Origin: Thermoanaerobaculia bacterium
Lineage (GTDB): Bacteria > Acidobacteriota > Thermoanaerobaculia > UBA5066
DNA length: 64,000 nucleotides
Assembly (NCBI GenBank): GCA_963821225.1
Contig: CAWGCY010000007.1
Coordinates: 158,429-222,428, forward strand
Direction: 5' to 3'
The first letter of the stretch is position 1, and the number at the start of each line of letters is the position of its first letter. Below are positions 59,129 through 64,000 of the stretch, piece by piece. The position numbers and the translations under genes were made by a program. The notes beneath the pieces are model-generated. The model worked only from the letters and a program-made list of their open reading frames with translations, made no database searches and was not told where the DNA came from.

Positions 59129-59152
59129 CCTTCGGGCCTTCGGCCTTCGGGC
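59129..59152. repeat. Short tandem CCTTCGG(G) x3 between wzm and the FG-GAP gene
   Basis: CCTTCGGGCCTTCGGCCTTCGGGC is read directly. It can form small GC hairpins. Confidence 0.7.
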
Positions 59153-59161
59153 GATGAAGAG

Positions 59162-59929
59162 TCAGAGAAGGTCCGCGAACGACGGGCGGCACCGCCGGAA
59201 CAGCCGGACTCCGAAGAAGCCTACCACGGCCAGGACGGCCGACCACGCGGCGAGGCGCCCGAACGGCGGGAGCGGCGCCCCGAACAGCGCGGCGCGGAAG
59301 AGCGCGAGGAGATCTCGCAGCGGGTTGAACGCGAGGAAGCGCGCGGCGAAGCCGGGGATCATCGTTTCGGGATAGATGATGGGCGAGAGGTAGAACGCGA
59401 TCATGAGAAAAGGGGGGAGAAGCTGCGCGAGGTCGCGGAAGAACACGTTCATCGAAGCGAGAACGAGCGCCGGCCCGACGAGGAGGAGACACTCGAACGC
59501 GAAGGCGGCGACGAGAAGGCCGGCGTTCACGGAGCCGCGGCCGGTCACGAGGAGGAAGCCGGTGAGAAGGCTCAGCCCGATCGCCTGGACGACGAGCGCG
59601 GCTCCGACGGCGGAGGCCGTCAGGAGATGAATCGGGAAGCGCAGCTTCTTGACGAGGTGCGCCTGGTCGCTGACCGAAACCGTGGCCCTCATGACCGCCT
59701 CCTGTATCCCGAGCCACGGGAGAAGGCCCGCCAGCAGGAACTCCACGTAACCGCCCCGGAAGCCGGCCGGAGGCGTCATCTTGATGACGAAGGCGAATAC
59801 GAACGCATTGAGCGCACAGAAGACAGCGGGGTTCAGGACCGCCCACAGGGGGCCCGCGAAGCTGCCCCCATAGCGGGCGGCAAGGTCTCTCCGGAGCAGC
59901 TCCGAAAGTAAGAAGAGCTTGTTCTTCAA
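59162..59929 (-). CDS. wzm: ABC-2 type polysaccharide exporter permease (Wzm/TagG-like)
   Basis: TTG 59929 (MKNKLFLLSELLRRDLAARYGGSFAGPLWAVLNP...) and six hydrophobic helices. The long ORF extension to 60637 is rejected because it overlaps the XRE gene. Confidence 0.8.
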   Translation of the reverse strand: MKNKLFLLSELLRRDLAARYGGSFAGPLWAVLNPAVFCALNAFVFAFVIKMTPPAGFRGGYVEFLLAGLLPWLGIQEAVMRATVSVSDQAHLVKKLRFPIHLLTASAVGAALVVQAIGLSLLTGFLLVTGRGSVNAGLLVAAFAFECLLLVGPALVLASMNVFFRDLAQLLPPFLMIAFYLSPIIYPETMIPGFAARFLAFNPLRDLLALFRAALFGAPLPPFGRLAAWSAVLAVVGFFGVRLFRRCRPSFADLL

Positions 59930-59964
59930 CGAGGTAGCCGTTCTCCAACCCTGTCCGAAACCGC

Positions 59965-59992
59965 TTGACACACGGGCGCGAGAGGCTATCTT
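59965..59992 (+). promoter_or_regulatory. Sigma-70-like promoter candidate for the XRE regulator (very short leader)
   Basis: TTGACA, 16 nt, TATCTT. ATG 60008 lies about 15 nt after the -10. Confidence 0.4.
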
Positions 59993-60007
59993 AGATGATG
60001 TAGGCTC

Positions 60008-60427
60008 ATGACTGCTGTGCCGCGTGCGTCCCAGATCCTCCTGGTGGGGCAGAAGATTCGTCAGATCCGGAAGAGCCGACATCTGACTCAGGCGGAGCTC
60101 GCCTCCCGGATCGGCGTGACGCAGTCCGACCTGTCGCGCATGGAAAACGGTGAGTACAAGGTCGGGCTCGACACTCTCTTCAGGATCCTTCAGGTGTTCG
60201 AGCTGTCCATGAGTCACTTCTTCGAGGAGCCTTCGGCCGAGGCCGGGCCCGCCGACGGGCAGGCGGCCGGCGCGCTGTCGGCTCCATTCGACGACGAGCC
60301 GCTCGCGCGCGACTGGTCGGCACTGCCGGAGGACTCGCGCCGCGAAGTCCGCGAGTTCGTCGCGTTCAAGAGGATGCAGGCCGAAAAGGCGCGGCCCGAC
60401 GGCGACGGCGAGGGCGGAGATGACTGA
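60008..60427 (+). CDS. XRE-family helix-turn-helix transcriptional regulator
   Basis: The HTH_3 pattern is GQKIRQIRKSRHLTQAELASRIGVTQSDLSRMENGE. Confidence 0.8.
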   Translation: MTAVPRASQILLVGQKIRQIRKSRHLTQAELASRIGVTQSDLSRMENGEYKVGLDTLFRILQVFELSMSHFFEEPSAEAGPADGQAAGALSAPFDDEPLARDWSALPEDSRREVREFVAFKRMQAEKARPDGDGEGGDD

Positions 60428-61325
60428 GGTCCTCCGCGCCGCGGCCGAGGCCGCCCGCCAGGAAGCGCTCGCCCTCCTCGAGAAGGGTGAGTTTCCCGCC
60501 GCGCTTTCGGCATACGACCGGGCCCTCGAGGCCGCACGCGCGACGGACGATCCCGCCTTCGGGGACTGGATGTACGTGTGCCGCGCCGCCGCCGCGATCG
60601 AGGCGGGTCCCGCCGACGACGTCCTCGTCGAGCTCAAGCGCGTCCTGCTCCGGTCGGCGAGTCCCGCGACGGCCGTGCGCGCCGCGCACGCGTCGGCGCG
60701 CGTCTACGAGCTGCGCCGCGACTTCGAGAAGGCGCTCTTCTACAACCGCATCGCCCGCCGCCACGCGGAGACGCTCGGCGACGAGGCGATCCTCGCTCAC
60801 TGCGACAACCAGTCGGGCATGCTCCTGACGGTCGACAGCCGCTTCGAGGAAGCTGCGGCGGTCTACCGCCACGCGCTCGAGAGGACGGAGGGACGCGAGG
60901 GCGTGTCCTCCATCTTCCGTTCCGTGTGGCGCGACAACCTCGGCTATTGCCTCATCGCCCTCGACCGCGTTCCCGAGGGCCTCGCCCTCGTGCACGAGGC
61001 GTTCGGGGCGCTCGAGAGCGAAGGGGCCCGGAGCTACACGGTCTACCCCCTCCTCGATCTCTGCTTCGGCTACCTCAAGTGCGACCGCCACGCCGAAGCC
61101 CGTTTCTTCGGCGAGTCGGGCCTCGAGCGCGTGCCCCTGTGCGGGGAGCCCGCCGTGGAGAAGAGCTTCCTCTACCTCCTCGGCGAGACGTGCCATCTCG
61201 CGGGCGACGACGGCGACGCGCGCGGCTACTTCGACCGGCTCGCAAACCTCTACCCGGAATTCAAGAACCTGAGGGCGTACCTCGAGGTCTTCGACTTCCG
61301 CAACGTGATCAACCTTCGGAGCTGA
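60420..61325 (+). CDS. TPR-like all-helical repeat protein
   Basis: The ATG overlaps the XRE gene end by 8 nt. Repeated A/L/Y-patterned helices are present (FPAALSAYDRALEAA, FEKALFYNRIARRHAE, FEEAAAVYRHALE, DARGYFDRLANLYPE). Confidence 0.6.
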   Translation: MTEVLRAAAEAARQEALALLEKGEFPAALSAYDRALEAARATDDPAFGDWMYVCRAAAAIEAGPADDVLVELKRVLLRSASPATAVRAAHASARVYELRRDFEKALFYNRIARRHAETLGDEAILAHCDNQSGMLLTVDSRFEEAAAVYRHALERTEGREGVSSIFRSVWRDNLGYCLIALDRVPEGLALVHEAFGALESEGARSYTVYPLLDLCFGYLKCDRHAEARFFGESGLERVPLCGEPAVEKSFLYLLGETCHLAGDDGDARGYFDRLANLYPEFKNLRAYLEVFDFRNVINLRS

Positions 61326-61327
61326 CC

Positions 61328-62428
61328 GTGAAGAGCCGCCTCTCGCACCGCCTCGCCTCCGCGCTCGCCGGCCTCGTGGCCCTCGTGTGCCTGGGGACGT
61401 GCGCGAACCGGGCGGAGGCTTCGCCCGCCGTGCTCGCGAAGGACGGAACGCTCTACGAGGTGTTCCCGGCGTCCTACGGCGACGTCATCACCGGAGCGAG
61501 CGCGTCCGACGCGACGCTCCGCGTCCTCGCGCTGCGCACGACGCCTCCCGGAGGCCAGCCGGTCGTCGAGGTCGTCGGCGGGACCGTGAACGACTTCTAC
61601 AAGCTCGAGGCGTCGATCGAATTCGACGAGGCGACGCAGAGCGTCTTCATCGTCTACACGCGCGTTCGCGGCTTCTTCTCCGACGTCCAGGTCACGGTCC
61701 GCAACGGCGGGTCCTGGGTCGACGGCAGCATCCTGCCGAACCCCGGCCTCTACATTTCGGTGAGCCCGCAGCTCCTCGTGACGCGTCAGACGTACACGGA
61801 CGCCGACGCCGACGGCCAACCGGTCACGAAGAGCCGCACGATCCTCTCGATCGTGTGGTGGGAAGAGAGCGGCGCCGCGCAGGCCCGCTACGCCGCGGTC
61901 TTCATCGAGGACGGCAGCATCAAGCTCGACGACGTCACGGCGTGGAACCTCAACGAGCTGAACGGCGCCGCCGGACCGACCGACAGCTCGGGCCTCCCCC
62001 TGTCGTCGTACGCACACCCGGCCCTGCAGCGTGACGCGGCGACGAACGGCGGCGTCCTCGTGTCCTTCGCGAACCTCTCGACGCGCACGCAGCAGGTCAT
62101 CCGCCTCGCGTTTCCCGACAACCTCCCGAAGCTCGTACCGCCCGACGGCCTCACGGCGGCGCAGCGGACGTCGTTCGCGCGCGGTCACACGCCCATCGGC
62201 CGGTCGTTCACCGAGACTCAGCTCCCGAGGCACATCGACCTGCCGTTCCAGACCCAGGTGGGCACGGTCATCTCGCCGGCGGGCGTTCCGACGTACTACT
62301 GGAACTCGGACACGGGCCTCTCTTACCTCCGCGGCGATTCGAGCACGATCGTCACGCTCCCGTTCCGCCCGGACTTCCCCGTCGACCGGGCGCTCGCCGT
62401 CATGAAGGACATGTCCGAGAAGGAATAG
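61328..62428 (+). CDS. Secreted/lipoprotein-like hypothetical protein (366 aa)
   Basis: GTG 61328 lies 2 nt after the TPR gene stop. Signal LASALAGLVALVCLGTCANRAEA. No family is recognised. Confidence 0.6.
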   Translation: MKSRLSHRLASALAGLVALVCLGTCANRAEASPAVLAKDGTLYEVFPASYGDVITGASASDATLRVLALRTTPPGGQPVVEVVGGTVNDFYKLEASIEFDEATQSVFIVYTRVRGFFSDVQVTVRNGGSWVDGSILPNPGLYISVSPQLLVTRQTYTDADADGQPVTKSRTILSIVWWEESGAAQARYAAVFIEDGSIKLDDVTAWNLNELNGAAGPTDSSGLPLSSYAHPALQRDAATNGGVLVSFANLSTRTQQVIRLAFPDNLPKLVPPDGLTAAQRTSFARGHTPIGRSFTETQLPRHIDLPFQTQVGTVISPAGVPTYYWNSDTGLSYLRGDSSTIVTLPFRPDFPVDRALAVMKDMSEKE

Positions 62429-63436
62429 TCAGAGTCTCGACGGGAGGTCCGCGCGCGGATCCCTGTCGTAGAGCGCGGCGAACTTCGAAGCGAGCGCGCG
62501 ACCTTCCTCCGTGGGCCGCCCCGGCATCGCGATCGAAACGCGGTAGGTGTGGTCCCCGTCCGCCCCGCGCCCGCTCCTCACCCCGTAGCCCTTGAGCCGG
62601 AAACGCTGGCCTCCGGCCGTCCCGGGCGGGATGCGCGCCCGCACCGGCCCGTGAATCGTCGGAACGTCGATCTCCGCGCCGAGATACGCCTCGGATACGG
62701 TCACCGGCACCTCGGCGAGGATGTCGTCGCCCTCGCGCGAGAAGTACGGGTGCGGAACGACGGTGAGGGCGACATAAAGATCGCCCTTCTCGCTGCGTCC
62801 CTTGCCCGGGACGCGCACCTTGGATCCGGTCGAGACGCCCGCGGGAATACGCACGGTGAGCCGCTCCTTCGACACGACCTCTCCCGCCCCGTGGCACGTG
62901 GGACACGCCGAGGTCCCCACCCGGCCCGACCCGCCGCATCGCGCGCAGCGGCGCGGGTATCGCACCTGCAGCGTGATCGTTCCGCCGAGAACGGCGTCGC
63001 GGAACGAAATCGTGAGCTCGGCGGCCGCGTCGTCGTCCTCTTCCTCGAAGCCGCGGACGCCTCCCGAGCGGGTGCCCGAGAAGAGGTCGGAAAAGAGGTC
63101 GCTGAAATCGCCCGACCAGCGGAAGCTCGAGGGCCCGCCGGCCGTCCCTCCGAACGGGCTGCCTCCGGCGAAGGGTCCGGCGCCGGAGGGCCGCGGCGCG
63201 CCGGCTTCGGGCGGGCCTCCGGTGTCCCCGGTCATGTCGAAGTGCTTCCGGCGCTTCGGGTCCTTGAGGATCTCGTAGGCCGCGGCGATCTCCTGGAACT
63301 TTCTCTTCGCGGCCGCGTCGGAGACGTTCACGTCCGGGTGGTGCTTGCGCGCAAGGCGGCGGTAGGCCTTCTTGATCTCGGCCTCGCTCGCCTTGCGATC
63401 GACACCAAGGACCTCGTAGGGATCCACCGTGGCCAT
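62429..63436 (-). CDS. DnaJ-family co-chaperone paralogue with half-size zinc-finger region
   Basis: J domain [31 protein letters not shown] and a G/F-rich linker. Only two CxxCxGxG repeats are present ([16 protein letters not shown]). The DnaJ C-terminal beta domains follow. Confidence 0.85.
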   Translation of the reverse strand: MATVDPYEVLGVDRKASEAEIKKAYRRLARKHHPDVNVSDAAAKRKFQEIAAAYEILKDPKRRKHFDMTGDTGGPPEAGAPRPSGAGPFAGGSPFGGTAGGPSSFRWSGDFSDLFSDLFSGTRSGGVRGFEEEDDDAAAELTISFRDAVLGGTITLQVRYPRRCARCGGSGRVGTSACPTCHGAGEVVSKERLTVRIPAGVSTGSKVRVPGKGRSEKGDLYVALTVVPHPYFSREGDDILAEVPVTVSEAYLGAEIDVPTIHGPVRARIPPGTAGGQRFRLKGYGVRSGRGADGDHTYRVSIAMPGRPTEEGRALASKFAALYDRDPRADLPSRL

Positions 63437-63525
63437 GCGCGCCGCTACGATACCCGACAGGCCCGGCGGCCCGAAAGGGACGTGGAACGCGGTACGATCG
63501 CGGGGCATCTCATGGCGGGGGCCGC

Positions 63526-64000
63526 GTGAAGATCCTGCAGCATCGCGACGTCCTTTCGATCATCCTCGCCGGTGGGATGGGCGAGCGCCTGTTCCCGCTC
63601 ACGCGGGATCGCGCGAAACCCGCCGTCCCGTTCGGCGGCCGCTACCGCATCATCGATTTCGCCCTCAACAACTGCATCAACTCCGGCCTCACGAAGATCA
63701 AGGTCCTGACGCAGTTCAAGTCGAACTCGCTCATCGAGCACATCATCCGCACCTGGCGCCTCAGCTTCGACATCGGCCAGTTCGTGGACCCGGTCCCGGC
63801 CCAGATGCGCCGCGGACCTCACTGGTTTCGGGGAACGGCGGACGCCGTCTACCAGAATCTCGACCTGATCTTCGACGAAGAGCCCGAGCACGTCTGCGTG
63901 TTCGGCGGCGACCACATCTACATGATGGACGTGAACCCGATGCTCCTCGCCCACGAGGAAGGCGACCACGACCTCACGATCGCGGCGATTCCGGTCCCGA
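63526..64000 (+). CDS. glgC: Glucose-1-phosphate adenylyltransferase, N-terminal part (runs off window)
   Basis: GTG 63526. Motifs [42 protein letters not shown] and [12 protein letters not shown]. Confidence 0.85.
   Translation, partial: MKILQHRDVLSIILAGGMGERLFPLTRDRAKPAVPFGGRYRIIDFALNNCINSGLTKIKVLTQFKSNSLIEHIIRTWRLSFDIGQFVDPVPAQMRRGPHWFRGTADAVYQNLDLIFDEEPEHVCVFGGDHIYMMDVNPMLLAHEEGDHDLTIAAIPVP

Noticed and set aside
60008-62428. Search for a short secreted pro-peptide ORF that would complete a classical RRNPP quorum-sensing cassette.
   Set aside because: There is no intergenic space; the genes overlap or abut. No plausible small ORF with a signal peptide was seen, so only the 366-aa secreted protein is available as a partner.

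Overview
High-GC, densely coding bacterial chromosomal segment. I cannot assign a taxon from sequence alone; the gene content looks like an environmental Gram-negative such as Acidobacteriota, but that is a guess. No rRNA, tRNA, CRISPR array, transposase or integrase was recognised.

Content, left to right:
- 0.3-2.2 kb: agmatine-to-putrescine genes (aguA, aguB).
- 2.2-4.2 kb: a head-to-head glycosyltransferase and methyltransferase pair.
- 4.2-9.7 kb: a Tat-exported, selenocysteine-containing formate dehydrogenase-N type operon (fdnG with in-frame TGA, fdnH, fdnI, fdhE).
- 9.7-15.0 kb, minus strand: a tightly coupled operon. It encodes an RsbW-like kinase, a STAS antagonist, a GAF-PP2C phosphatase, a secreted double retropepsin-like protease, a signal-peptide-bearing Pcm and two small ORFs. 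A very good sigma-54 promoter match precedes it.
- 15.0-15.3 kb: an AT-rich control island.
- 15.3-19.5 kb: a glyoxylate-shunt pair, malate synthase plus a long-form isocitrate lyase.
- 19.5-25.2 kb: a second signalling operon (PDZ-polytopic-GAF-PP2C, TPR protein, GAF-AAA+ enhancer-binding-type regulator with a degenerate GAFTGA loop).
- 25.2-26.8 kb: tmk and holB.
- 26.8-59.9 kb: a roughly 33 kb cell-surface glycoconjugate region. It holds seven to eight glycosyltransferases, three polytopic GT-C-like membrane proteins, two methyltransferases (a third lies outside the region at 3.3 kb), a PIG-L deacetylase and a GNAT. It also encodes a PEGA protein, a BNR propeller and several large exported proteins. 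The wzm and wzt exporter genes are unusually separated by about 9 kb of exported-protein genes.
- 60.0-64.0 kb: an XRE-HTH/TPR/secreted-protein trio, a DnaJ paralogue and the start of glgC.

The most interesting material is in the accessory surface region and the two signalling operons. All functional calls rest on motif recognition by eye in the supplied translations. No database search was run.
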